DNA from: Myxococcota bacterium
GTDB taxonomy: Bacteria; Myxococcota_A; UBA796; GCA-2862545
Reading direction: 5' to 3'
Assembly (NCBI GenBank): GCA_039208735.1
Contig: JBCCQY010000025.1
Span: 1 to 64,000 of the forward strand
DNA length: 64,000 nt
The notes beneath the pieces are model-generated. The model saw nothing but the letters and a program-made list of their open reading frames with translations. It was not told the origin of the DNA and did not search any database. The translations under genes and the position numbers were made by a program. Positions 39,188 through 48,587 of this stretch are shown one piece after another (positions within the stretch are counted from its first letter, which is position 1; every line of letters begins with the position of its first letter).

Positions 39188-40604
39188 GGTCATCGAGCCG
39201 GGTCCAGTCCTCTTCGACCACTTTGCGCGCCTGGCCCACGACCTGCTTGCCGTGGCGACCCTGGATCGGTTCGTTTGGGTGTCCCCACGTTGGACCACGG
39301 TGCTCGGTTGGTCCGAAGCCGAATTGGTGACGCTGCCTTACAACTCCTTTGTGCACCCCAACGATGTGGAGGCAACCGTGGAGGCGGCCAAGGCGCTGGG
39401 CCGTGGTGAGCCCACGGTTCGGTTCATCAACCGGTACCGAACCAAGAGCAACGGGTACCGCTGGCTCGAGTGGAACGCCTCTCCCGCGGACGATGGCCTT
39501 CTGTATTGCATCGCTCGCGACGTGACGGATCGGCAGGCGGTCGAAGAGAAACTTCGCCAGCAAGCTGCACTTGTCACGATGGCTGAACGCATCTTCCATA
39601 CGGGGCATTGGTACGTCGACCTCGTGGCCGAAACCGTGTTTTGGTCTCCCGAGGTCTATGCCATTCACGGGCTTGACCCTGATCACTTTACGCCATCGCT
39701 AGCTCGGGGAATCGACGCCTACCATCCCGATGACCGTGACCTCGTGTCCGTTGCCGTCCAAAGGACCATCGAGCACGGTGAGTCCTTTGAGTTCGAAGCC
39801 CGCATCGTGCGGCCCTCGGCGGAAGTCCGATTGGTCCACTCCGTGGGGCAGGCACACTTCGATTGGACAGGGGCGATTGTCGGGTTTTATGGTGTCTTCA
39901 GGGACATCACAAATGACGAGCGGGTGAAGCGAACCCAGGAACTCGAACAGTTCGCCTACGTCGCTTCGCATGACCTAAGGCAACCTGTGCGAACCATCCG
40001 TGCGTTCATGGGAGCGCTCGAAGAGGAACACGAACTCGGCCTCGATGAAGAAGGTCAGCGCTTCTGGGGATTTGTGAAACGGGCGGCCGAGCGACTGGAC
40101 CACCTGGTCACCGACTTGGCGCGCTACACACGCGCGAGCAAGCGCTCCGAGGCGCAGCCCGTGGATCTGGGTGCGGTGGTGGGGCGAGCGATCGCCGCCG
40201 TCGCGGAGGAGTTTGATCAACGAGGCGGCGGCTTGGGCATCCATGGCACGTTGCCCACGGTCCTCGGCGATCCGGTTCGACTCGAGCAGGTCTTCGACAA
40301 CCTGTTTCGCAACTCCCTACGGTTTGCGGGAGAGCGACCGCCTCGCGTCATCCTCTCGTGGGTTCCCGACGCTCAAGAGGGCACGGCCACCGTGATTGTG
40401 TCGGATCAGGGGCGTGGGTTTGAGCCAGGGGCCGCCGAACTGATCTTCGAGCCCTTTCGCCGCCTCTCCAACGATGACGATGGTGGGACCGGGATTGGTC
40501 TGGCCATCGTTCGGCGTTTGGTCGAGAGCTTTGGGGGGCAGATCTGGGCGCAAAGTCAGCCTAACCTCGGGGCGACGTTTTTTGTTCGCCTCAAGATTGG
40601 GTAG
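39180..40604 (+). CDS. cytoplasmic PAS-PAS sensor histidine kinase
   Basis: Start reassigned to ATG 39180; two PAS/PAC domains (VHPND, YHPDD), FAYVASHDLRQP, GTGIGL. Confidence 0.9.
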   Translation: MSEVIEPGPVLFDHFARLAHDLLAVATLDRFVWVSPRWTTVLGWSEAELVTLPYNSFVHPNDVEATVEAAKALGRGEPTVRFINRYRTKSNGYRWLEWNASPADDGLLYCIARDVTDRQAVEEKLRQQAALVTMAERIFHTGHWYVDLVAETVFWSPEVYAIHGLDPDHFTPSLARGIDAYHPDDRDLVSVAVQRTIEHGESFEFEARIVRPSAEVRLVHSVGQAHFDWTGAIVGFYGVFRDITNDERVKRTQELEQFAYVASHDLRQPVRTIRAFMGALEEEHELGLDEEGQRFWGFVKRAAERLDHLVTDLARYTRASKRSEAQPVDLGAVVGRAIAAVAEEFDQRGGGLGIHGTLPTVLGDPVRLEQVFDNLFRNSLRFAGERPPRVILSWVPDAQEGTATVIVSDQGRGFEPGAAELIFEPFRRLSNDDDGGTGIGLAIVRRLVESFGGQIWAQSQPNLGATFFVRLKIG

Positions 40605-42047
40605 CTAGCGGTTTTCAAAGCGCTCGCCAAGGCGGGCAAGCAGCTTTTGGTGGAGCCCCCCGAACCCTCCGTTTGAGAGGATGGCGACGACGTCTTTGGG
40701 ATTGGCCTGCAGGGCTACGGTTTGCGCAATTGTATCGGCATCTTCAAGGGTGGATGCATCGATTCCGCGGTCGCTCAATTCACGCACGAGCCGGTCGGCC
40801 GAAAACCGTTCATCCTCGGGAATTCGGCTCTGATCATGAGGCCGCGCCACAATCACCTTGTCAGCATTACCGAAGGCCTCGGCATACTCCTGCTGAAAGA
40901 CCGCGCGTCGCGAAGTTGCGCTACGCGGCTCCCATACTGCCCAAAGGCGACGCTCGCCAAATCGCTGACGCAACGCGTCAAGGGTCAGGGAAACGGCCGT
41001 AGGGTGGTGGGCAAAGTCGTCGATGACGGTCACTTCGCCGGGTTCCCCGATGACCTCTTGCCGACGTCGAATCCCTTGGAACCCTTCGAATCCAGGAACG
41101 AGTTCCCCTGGTGTGACCCCATACGCGGTGGCTGCGGCGGTGGCGGCCACCTGATTGTAGAGGTTGTGTTCGCCGACGAGGAAGCTTTCGAAGGTTCCGA
41201 CGGGTTGTCCGTAGCGAAGCACTGTGAACGTCATCGTGCCCTTGTCGGTATCGATCCCATCGACACGACCATCCCACTCTTGCCCCTTGCCATAGGTCCA
41301 GACTCGGGCTGCGCACTCCCGAGCCACATCGGCAGCCCCTGGGTCGTCGCCCCGAACGATCAACGTGCCGTCCGGAGGCAGGATGTGCATGAGCTTCCGG
41401 AAGCTCTCCTTGACGTGGTCGAGGTCGCGGTAGATGTCGGCATGGTCGAACTCGACCGAGGTAAGGATGCAGGTCTTGGGACGGTAGTGGAGGAATTTCG
41501 GTCCTTTGTCGAAAAACGCGGTGTCGTATTCGTCGCCTTCGACGACAAACACCTGCCCACTACCCGCGCGTGCGGTGCGGTCGAAGTTCTTGGCAATGCC
41601 GCCGACGAGGAAGCCAGGGTTCCGCTCGGCCGCTTCGAGCAACCAGGCCGTCAGGCTGGTGGTAGTGGTCTTGCCGTGCGTGCCCGCGACTACGATACTG
41701 TGGGCCTCCTTGAGGAAGAGTTCGCCGAAGACCTCGGGAAAGCTCGCATAGTTGAGATTGCTTTGAAGAAGCGTGGCGGCTTCTTCGTACTCGGCCCGGA
41801 TCACGTTGCCGACGATGACCAGATCGGGGTTGTGGTCGAGGTTCGAGGCGACGTAGCCTTTCATCACGTCGATCCCGAGGGACTCGAGGTAGGTCGACAT
41901 CGGCGGGTAGACCTCGCCCTGATCAGATCCCGTGACGGTGTAGCCTGCGTCCTTGAGCATTCCGGCCAGGGCGGCCATGGCGGTGCCGGCCACGCCCATC
42001 ACATGGACGGTGCGGATAGGGGTGGTGGCGTCGATCTGATGCGGCAC
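40605..42047 (-). CDS. mpl: UDP-N-acetylmuramate:L-Ala-gamma-D-Glu-mDAP ligase (murein peptide ligase)
   Basis: GVAGTAM, AGTHGKTTT, EGDEYDTAFFDKGPKF, EFDHADIY, DDFAHHPT, EPRS, SNGGFGG. Confidence 0.92.
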   Translation of the reverse strand: MPHQIDATTPIRTVHVMGVAGTAMAALAGMLKDAGYTVTGSDQGEVYPPMSTYLESLGIDVMKGYVASNLDHNPDLVIVGNVIRAEYEEAATLLQSNLNYASFPEVFGELFLKEAHSIVVAGTHGKTTTTSLTAWLLEAAERNPGFLVGGIAKNFDRTARAGSGQVFVVEGDEYDTAFFDKGPKFLHYRPKTCILTSVEFDHADIYRDLDHVKESFRKLMHILPPDGTLIVRGDDPGAADVARECAARVWTYGKGQEWDGRVDGIDTDKGTMTFTVLRYGQPVGTFESFLVGEHNLYNQVAATAAATAYGVTPGELVPGFEGFQGIRRRQEVIGEPGEVTVIDDFAHHPTAVSLTLDALRQRFGERRLWAVWEPRSATSRRAVFQQEYAEAFGNADKVIVARPHDQSRIPEDERFSADRLVRELSDRGIDASTLEDADTIAQTVALQANPKDVVAILSNGGFGGLHQKLLARLGERFENR

Positions 42048-42107
42048 AGTTCCTCCGTCTCTTGGTCACCGTGACACACTCGGCGGTTCGGAGCCCGGAG
42101 TTGGGAG

Positions 42108-42779
42108 CTACCGGTATTTCGCGAGGGCGTAGAGGATCCGGACGCCTGCCTTGGCCGCACCCCTGAGGTTGCCGCTGATCTTGGACTCGCCGAGCACCCG
42201 CTTGTGGTATGGCAACGGGATCTCACGGATGCGTAGGCCATGCTTGATGGCCTTCAACTGCATCTCGACGTTCCAGCCCCAGGTCGGATCCTCCATCTGC
42301 AGGGACTCGAGGCTCGTCCATCGGATGGCCCGGAAGGGCCCCATGTCGGAAAAACGAAACCCAGTTTGCAAAGCGATGAGTTCGGTGGCGAGTCGGTTCC
42401 CAAACCGCTGCACGAAGGTCATGGCGCCACGTTCGGCAGTTTGGGTGCGATCGGACTGCACAAGGTCGGCTTCGTCATCGATGATGGGCTGCACGAGTTT
42501 GGGCAGGGTCTCGGGTGGATCGGCATGGTCGGCGTCGAGGATGACGAGCACATCGGGTGGATCGGGTCGAAAGTGGGCCATTCCAGCCTGGACGGCCGTG
42601 CCGTAACCCCGTGGGGAGGCCCGGATTGCCTCGACGCCGCACTCTCGGGCGACCCTCGCGGTGCCGTCGGTCGATCCGTTGTCGACCACCACGCAACGGT
42701 CGACCGGAGGGAGGGCTTGGAGCACTCCAGGGAGGCTCTGCGCCTCGTTGAGCGCGGGGATGACAACGTAGACCTTCAT
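42108..42779 (-). CDS. glycosyltransferase family 2 (DPM1-like)
   Basis: Start reassigned to ATG 42779; VIPALNE, VDNGSTDGT, LDAD, GESKISG. Confidence 0.9.
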   Translation of the reverse strand: MKVYVVIPALNEAQSLPGVLQALPPVDRCVVVDNGSTDGTARVARECGVEAIRASPRGYGTAVQAGMAHFRPDPPDVLVILDADHADPPETLPKLVQPIIDDEADLVQSDRTQTAERGAMTFVQRFGNRLATELIALQTGFRFSDMGPFRAIRWTSLESLQMEDPTWGWNVEMQLKAIKHGLRIREIPLPYHKRVLGESKISGNLRGAAKAGVRILYALAKYR

Positions 42780-44143
42780 CAGGGCAGGACTCCCGGGTAA
42801 CGGCGGCGCAGCGACAGCACGTACAGTCCGACAAATCCCGAGATCACGCCCCCACCCGCGAAGGAGGCCACCTCGAGGTACGCCGTGCGTCGTAGCGAGC
42901 CAGGTCGTCCGGTGACCAGCGCCGAGAGCCCTCCCAGGATTTCCACCCCGCCGACGATCCAGAGCATGAGGCCGAGCACCGCCGGCAATCCAAAGATCGG
43001 GCACCAGGACACGTTGAGGAACTGCAATGTCCCCATGAACAGGTTGACGATCCCGGAGGCCAGCTGCAGAATGCCGGCCCACCGCGCCACACTGCGAAGC
43101 TCGACCCAGGACGCATCCACCTCGTCGGGCTCGACCAAGGCTGCCTCGGCGAACGGCGCTGGGGGAGCCACCGAGGCAGGTGGGGGAACCCTCGGGAGCT
43201 TGGCCTTGGCCGGGGGCGGAGCGGGATCGGCGGCCGGGCTCGAGATGGCAGGGGCGGAGGCTCCCTCGCCTTCCCATTCCGCCACCCGCAGTCGAATGTC
43301 GATGGGCGCGAGGCCACGCAGCACTTCGGCGAACGACGCTGCGTCGGGGAACCGGTCTTCAGGGCGCGTCTGCAGAGCACGTTCGATGATGGGAGCGAGC
43401 ACCTGGGCATGCTCGGGTACGGCCGACGCGCGACCGTCCACGATGCGCTGCATGACGGCAAAGTCGGTATCGCCCGAATACGGCGGCTCCCCGGTGACCA
43501 TCTCGTACAGCACCACGCCAAGTGAGAAGAGGTCGGACCGTGCATCGACGTTGGCGGGCGATTCGATCTGCTCCGGACTCATGTAGGCGGCGGTGCCCAT
43601 CGCCCGAATCCCTTGGGTGCGGTCCAGCCCTCGCAACTTGGCGATGCCAAAGTCGATCACCTTGACGAGGGGCAGCTTTCCCGGTCGGTGCACGAGGAAG
43701 AGGTTGGCGGGCTTCAAGTCCCGATGCACCACCCCGGCTTGGTGGGCATGGCCCAGGGCCGACAGCGCCTGCAACAACAGCCCAGCTGCCACTTCGCTCG
43801 AGAGCGGACCGGCCTGCAATCGATTGGCGAGGTCCTCACCCTCGAGCAGGTCCATCACCAGACCCGCAATGCCTTCGCCACTGACCACCTCGGTGACCCG
43901 GACCAGGCCGGGATGGTGCAGCTGAGCCAGGACCCGTCCCTCGTGAAGGAACCGCTCCCGAATGGACGGGTCCTCGGCAAACTCGGGGTTGAGGACCTTG
44001 ATGGCATGGCGTGAACCCAGGCTCGTGTGGGTCGCCCGATACACCGTGGCCATGCCTCCGGTTCCCCGGATGGCGTCAATTTTGTAGTTACCAACCTGAT
44101 CGCCCGCTCGAAGCACGCGCTCTCCCATCTCGCGAGCTTCCAT
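42779..44143 (-). CDS. Hanks-type Ser/Thr protein kinase with C-terminal membrane domain
   Basis: GTGGMATVY, AIK, HRDLKPAN, DFG, YMSPEQ, DLFSLG; Pro-rich linker; about three TM segments. Confidence 0.92.
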   Translation of the reverse strand: MEAREMGERVLRAGDQVGNYKIDAIRGTGGMATVYRATHTSLGSRHAIKVLNPEFAEDPSIRERFLHEGRVLAQLHHPGLVRVTEVVSGEGIAGLVMDLLEGEDLANRLQAGPLSSEVAAGLLLQALSALGHAHQAGVVHRDLKPANLFLVHRPGKLPLVKVIDFGIAKLRGLDRTQGIRAMGTAAYMSPEQIESPANVDARSDLFSLGVVLYEMVTGEPPYSGDTDFAVMQRIVDGRASAVPEHAQVLAPIIERALQTRPEDRFPDAASFAEVLRGLAPIDIRLRVAEWEGEGASAPAISSPAADPAPPPAKAKLPRVPPPASVAPPAPFAEAALVEPDEVDASWVELRSVARWAGILQLASGIVNLFMGTLQFLNVSWCPIFGLPAVLGLMLWIVGGVEILGGLSALVTGRPGSLRRTAYLEVASFAGGGVISGFVGLYVLSLRRRYPGVLP

Positions 44144-44223
44144 AAGCCTGCGGGTTCGCCCTGTCCTGATCTCGCGGTCAGATGGGCTTGGGCGGGCCTC
44201 TCCCGCGGTGATAGGGCGCGGGC

Positions 44224-45084
44224 ATGAGTCAGGAACCGACCGGCGTGCTCGTCCGCGCCCTGCTCGATGAAGGTGCGGTACGCCTCGTCCTCGTCGAAGC
44301 GACGGCGCCCGCCCGCCATACCCGAACGGCCCACAAGCTGTCTGCCGATGCCGCTCGACTTGGAGCCGAGGCGGTGGTCGCGGCGGCCCTAAACGCGGCC
44401 CACATCAAGGGCGAGGAGCAACTGACCCTGCAGCTACAGGCGGAGTCACCCAAAGCTTCGTTCTACGCCGATATCGTAGCCGATGGAGCATTGAGGGTCC
44501 GTGTGACCCCCCCCGATTTGACGCTCGAGGGGGGCCGCCTGACCGGCCAACTCCTGGTGATCAAGTCGCTTGGGCGCCAAGAACTGTACCGTGGCATCAG
44601 TGCGGTGCCCGATTCGACGATCGAGCAGGCGCTGGCCACTCATCTCGAGACGTCTGCACAGGTTCACGACGTGCTGCGCATCGGCGTTCGACAAAGCGCC
44701 GATGGAGAGATCCTGCAGGCTGGAGGTCTGCTCATTGAACGACTCCCCGAAGAGCCTGACCATCCCTCGCTTTCGGCAGAGGAGTTCGAGCAGCGCTACG
44801 CGTGGGTCCGTGAAGCCGACATCGCGAAGCTCCTGACCCAGCTTGCGTTTGGCAGCCTTGGGGAACAGGCGTTGAAGGTGCTCGACAGTCGACCGTTGGT
44901 GTGGCGGTGCCGTTGCTCCAGAGAGCGGGTGGAGGCCATCTTGGCTGGCCTCGGCATTGGTGAGCTGTCGGACATGGCCCAAACCGATGGCCAAGCCGAG
45001 GTCAGCTGCGACTTCTGCAACACCACCTACCGGTTCGATGAAGCCGATTTGAACGGGCTCATCGCGAGTCTCCGTCAGAGCTAG
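44224..45084 (+). CDS. hslO: Hsp33 redox-regulated chaperone
   Basis: SAQV, AGGLLIERLP, CRCS..CDFC zinc motif. Confidence 0.9.
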   Translation: MSQEPTGVLVRALLDEGAVRLVLVEATAPARHTRTAHKLSADAARLGAEAVVAAALNAAHIKGEEQLTLQLQAESPKASFYADIVADGALRVRVTPPDLTLEGGRLTGQLLVIKSLGRQELYRGISAVPDSTIEQALATHLETSAQVHDVLRIGVRQSADGEILQAGGLLIERLPEEPDHPSLSAEEFEQRYAWVREADIAKLLTQLAFGSLGEQALKVLDSRPLVWRCRCSRERVEAILAGLGIGELSDMAQTDGQAEVSCDFCNTTYRFDEADLNGLIASLRQS

Positions 45085-45743
45085 ACGCCGGCCAGGTAGA
45101 CCTCGGCCGGGAAGGCCGTAGCCAAGAGACGCTCGGTGGACACGTCGACCCAAAAAGCCCAGTCCTTGCCGGCAACGGTGGCGCGTACCGCGACCAGTTG
45201 CCCGGCGGGGACGTCACGTAGCGCGTCGAGGATCACCGAAGCGGTCGTGGCGAGTTGTGCGTCGTGCTCGGCCTGAGCTCGGGCACGATGCGACTGCCAG
45301 ACGGCTCGCGCGACCGCCGCTTGCACGGGCGCCGAAAAGACGACGGTGGCCCCGGGGATGGCGGTCGAGAGAATGCGCGCAACGGCCCCTGCCCCACCGG
45401 GTGAGGTGGTCTCGCTGGACTGCGTGGCCTCGACACGAGTGCGGGGCACCTCATCGATGGTGGGCGTGCGAGGAGGCAAAGAGGTGGCCGCGGTTTGCGC
45501 CTGGGCTTCAGCCACCTTTCGTTGTTTGCGGGCCTCGCGTTCCCGTTCGAGGGCCTGCTTCGCCGTGAGTTTGGGTCCGGTGGGCGCGTCGTCTAGCGAC
45601 GGTGCGGGAGTGGTTTGGAGCTTTTGCTTGGCCTCTTCGGCGAGCCGGCGGGCCAGGTCTCGGGGATCCTCTCCCTGGGATTCCAGCTTAGCCTTCGCTT
45701 CTTCGGCCAAACGCCGGGCCAGCTCCCGTGGGTCTTCAGCCAT
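45081..45743 (-). CDS. hypothetical protein with N-terminal tandem helical repeat
   Basis: Start reassigned to ATG 45743 (RBS GGAGG); EDPRELARRLAEEAKAKL and EDPRDLARRLAEEAKQKL. Confidence 0.7.
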   Translation of the reverse strand: MAEDPRELARRLAEEAKAKLESQGEDPRDLARRLAEEAKQKLQTTPAPSLDDAPTGPKLTAKQALEREREARKQRKVAEAQAQTAATSLPPRTPTIDEVPRTRVEATQSSETTSPGGAGAVARILSTAIPGATVVFSAPVQAAVARAVWQSHRARAQAEHDAQLATTASVILDALRDVPAGQLVAVRATVAGKDWAFWVDVSTERLLATAFPAEVYLAGV

Positions 45744-45807
45744 CGTACCCCTCCGGGCAACTGCAACCCGCACACTGTAGGCCACTGGTCCCACGGGCAC
45801 CCGTCAA

Positions 45808-45822
45808 TCGGTTGTCAACCGA
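45808..45822. promoter_or_regulatory. perfect 15-bp palindrome TCGGTTG-T-CAACCGA in a divergent intergenic region
   Basis: Read directly; lies between divergent genes, one of them a transcription factor. Confidence 0.4.
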
Positions 45823-45979
45823 CTCTGGCCGTGGCACGTTGCCGAGCCGGGCCGATCGAGGCAATCACGCTGAGCTTCGACGCAGTGGCCCAAGAATCTC
45901 GTCGGCACTGGACCGCAACCAGTCCACGTGCGACGATGGCCGGACGTCTCGCGGAAAACGGAGGGGGAGCTTGCACGAG

Positions 45980-47383
45980 GTGTCGAAAGACCGTCAGCCG
46001 ATCTCGCCGACTGTCGTGCTCGTGGTCGAGCCCGATGAACTCACGCGGCACCGCCTGAGGTCGGCCTTAGGTCGCGACGACCAGCTCGTTTTCGTTGCTG
46101 AATCACGCGACGATGGACTGTTGCTGGCCAAGACCCACGCTCCACGCATTGCGTTGGTGAGCCTCGAGCTGCCCGAAGGACGGGGCGTGCTCGAGGCATT
46201 CGGGGCCTGTTGTGACAGGGTTGTCGCCACGGGACGGGCCCCCAAAGTGGCCGAGGTGGTCGATGCGATGCGTCGTGGCGCCACTGACGTCATCAGCGTG
46301 GTCGACGAAGCGGCGAGCGTGCAACGGGTCGTGGATCGGGTTTTGGGCGATGTCGACGCTGCATCGGCCTCCCCCGAAGGCCCCCTCCCCATCACGCCGA
46401 CCACCACGGCCACGAGCGTGCAGCAGCTGCTCTCGCAGAGTCCGTCGATGATTCGGGTCTTCGACCAGGTGCAGGCCATCGCGCTCACCCACGAAGCGGC
46501 CTTCATCAAGGGCGAGGTGGGGTCGGGCCGTCAGCTCATCTGTCGGGCCATTCACGAAAAGAGCCCCCGTCGCGACCATCCCTTTGTGGTGGTGCATTGC
46601 GGGGCCTACCCCGATTCGCTCGACGAGATGCTGTTTGGCAGCGCACAGGGCCATCCGGGCGCCCTCGATGGGGCGGAGGGAGGCACGCTTTACCTCGACG
46701 AGGTGCACTGTGCGCCGCACCAAGTGCAAGCCCAGCTCCTGCGCTTCCTCGAAGACGGAACGTTTTGTCGTCCGCGTCGGCGTGAACCCATGGCGCGCGA
46801 CGTTCGAGTGCTTGTGGCTTCCGATGCCGATCTTTCGGCGGAGGTGGACGCCGGTCGGTTTCGGCAGGACCTCTACTATCGTCTGCAGGGCTTCCCGATT
46901 CGCATTCCGCCGCTTCGTGAACGACCCGATGACATCCCGCTGCTCATCCATCACTTCATTGCGGAGATTGCCGGTAGCTACGGGCTGGATGCTCCGATCA
47001 TCGACGCCGAGGTACTCCGCGCCGCAGTGGCGTTTTCGTGGCCGGGGAACGTGCGCCAGTTGCGTTCCTTGTGCGCCCAATGGGTGATCGCCTGCCCGGG
47101 CCAGCGCATCGACGCGGCCTTGCTGCCAAGGCCCCGGACCCCGCGTCGCCCGGAGCCCAAGGCGACGAGTCCCTTTGTCATCGATGCCACACAGTCGTTG
47201 AAGGACAACACCCAGGCGGTCCTTCGAGAGATCGAGACGGCATATCTGCGTGAGATCTTGCAGCGTTGCCAGGGCCATCTCGGTCAAACCGCGACCGCGG
47301 CCGGCATCACGAGGCGGACACTCTACACGAAGATGCGGCAATATGGTCTTGAACAGCAGGACTTCCGACGCCCTCGTGCTTAG
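45980..47383 (+). CDS. NtrC-family (REC-AAA+-Fis HTH) regulator, degenerate
   Basis: Start reassigned to GTG 45980 (uncertain); GTLYLDEV, FRQDLYYRL, WPGNVRQL, Fis HTH; no GAFTGA loop. Confidence 0.88.
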   Translation: MSKDRQPISPTVVLVVEPDELTRHRLRSALGRDDQLVFVAESRDDGLLLAKTHAPRIALVSLELPEGRGVLEAFGACCDRVVATGRAPKVAEVVDAMRRGATDVISVVDEAASVQRVVDRVLGDVDAASASPEGPLPITPTTTATSVQQLLSQSPSMIRVFDQVQAIALTHEAAFIKGEVGSGRQLICRAIHEKSPRRDHPFVVVHCGAYPDSLDEMLFGSAQGHPGALDGAEGGTLYLDEVHCAPHQVQAQLLRFLEDGTFCRPRRREPMARDVRVLVASDADLSAEVDAGRFRQDLYYRLQGFPIRIPPLRERPDDIPLLIHHFIAEIAGSYGLDAPIIDAEVLRAAVAFSWPGNVRQLRSLCAQWVIACPGQRIDAALLPRPRTPRRPEPKATSPFVIDATQSLKDNTQAVLREIETAYLREILQRCQGHLGQTATAAGITRRTLYTKMRQYGLEQQDFRRPRA

Positions 47384-47411
47384 GCGTCGCCCCACTTTCG
47401 GAGGGCTTTCC

Positions 47412-48587
47412 ATGCAGCGTTCGCTCTGGATTTCAGCTTTGTTCCTCGTGCCCTTTGGTGCGGGTTGCCAGTGCGGTAGCGAGACCGGCCTCACGTTCGA
47501 CTTCCCTGAACCCGACGTCGAGGTGATGAGCGACGATGCGCCCGAGCGGTTTGGACAGTGGGCGTCTGTCGATACGGCTCCGGATGGGGTTCAGCTCACG
47601 ATGAGCTACTTCGACCCTGACAATACAGCGGTGGCTTACGCGATTGGTATCGCCACGGCCGACGAGGATGGACTGGCCACGGTCGAGTGGCGTCACGAGC
47701 GCATCGACGGTTACCCGACGAGCGAACTGCAGGACAACTCCGATGACGTGGGTCGGTATACGAGCCAGCGAACGGCGCCCGACGGAACGGTGTGGGTGGC
47801 CTACCACGACAACACCAACCAGCAGCTAAAGGTCGCCCATCGCTTGGGGCCGGGAACGTGGGAAGATCCCGTGGTCATCGAGGGGACCGGCGGTGAGTTC
47901 GCGAGCATGGCGCTCAATCCCGTGGGGCGCCCGATCATCGCCCACATCGACAGCGATGCTTCGGCCGTCAAAATCACCCGGTTGCTTGAGGATGGCTGGC
48001 GCACCGATGTCGTCTACGAAGGCCGGCCTCAAGATGCGCTCGATGAGCAAGGCAATCCCATCGTGCGTCCCGCGGGCCTGCTCCACACCCGGCTTATCGC
48101 ACAGGACGGGGCGGAGACCATTGCCCTGTACAACGCGGCCCGACAGTCACTGGTGGTGCTCGAAGGCGGCGGCAACGAGTTCGAAGCCCGTGAGGTGGAC
48201 CGCTCCGCCGACGTTGGACTGTGGCCCTCCCTGGAGCGTGCAGGTGACGATGTCGTGGTCGCCTACCACGACCGCGAGAACGAAGATCTCAAGCTCGCCA
48301 CGCGGACCGGTGGCACCTGGTCGGTCGAAGTCGTCGACGAAGGGCAGCTCCGCGGAGCGGACACCGAGGTGTTCATTCGCGATGGCGACGTCGCCATCGT
48401 CTACTTCGACGGCTTCGAAAACGATGCGCGGCTGGCGAGCCGACAGAATGGGACCTGGGCCTTGGACCGCATTGGGGCCGATGACAACGCCGTCGGCTTC
48501 CACAACGAGGTGGTCCGCGCCGGCGGGAGGTTCTGGGCCGTGTCCTACAGCTACACCAACGGCGTACCCTACGTGAGGGCGCTGTAA
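47412..48587 (+). CDS. secreted or lipoprotein beta-propeller-like protein
   Basis: Start reassigned to ATG 47412; GAGCQC signal end; repeated G..S...(V/I)AY.D...LK.A...W..E.VD blades. Confidence 0.7.
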   Translation: MQRSLWISALFLVPFGAGCQCGSETGLTFDFPEPDVEVMSDDAPERFGQWASVDTAPDGVQLTMSYFDPDNTAVAYAIGIATADEDGLATVEWRHERIDGYPTSELQDNSDDVGRYTSQRTAPDGTVWVAYHDNTNQQLKVAHRLGPGTWEDPVVIEGTGGEFASMALNPVGRPIIAHIDSDASAVKITRLLEDGWRTDVVYEGRPQDALDEQGNPIVRPAGLLHTRLIAQDGAETIALYNAARQSLVVLEGGGNEFEAREVDRSADVGLWPSLERAGDDVVVAYHDRENEDLKLATRTGGTWSVEVVDEGQLRGADTEVFIRDGDVAIVYFDGFENDARLASRQNGTWALDRIGADDNAVGFHNEVVRAGGRFWAVSYSYTNGVPYVRAL

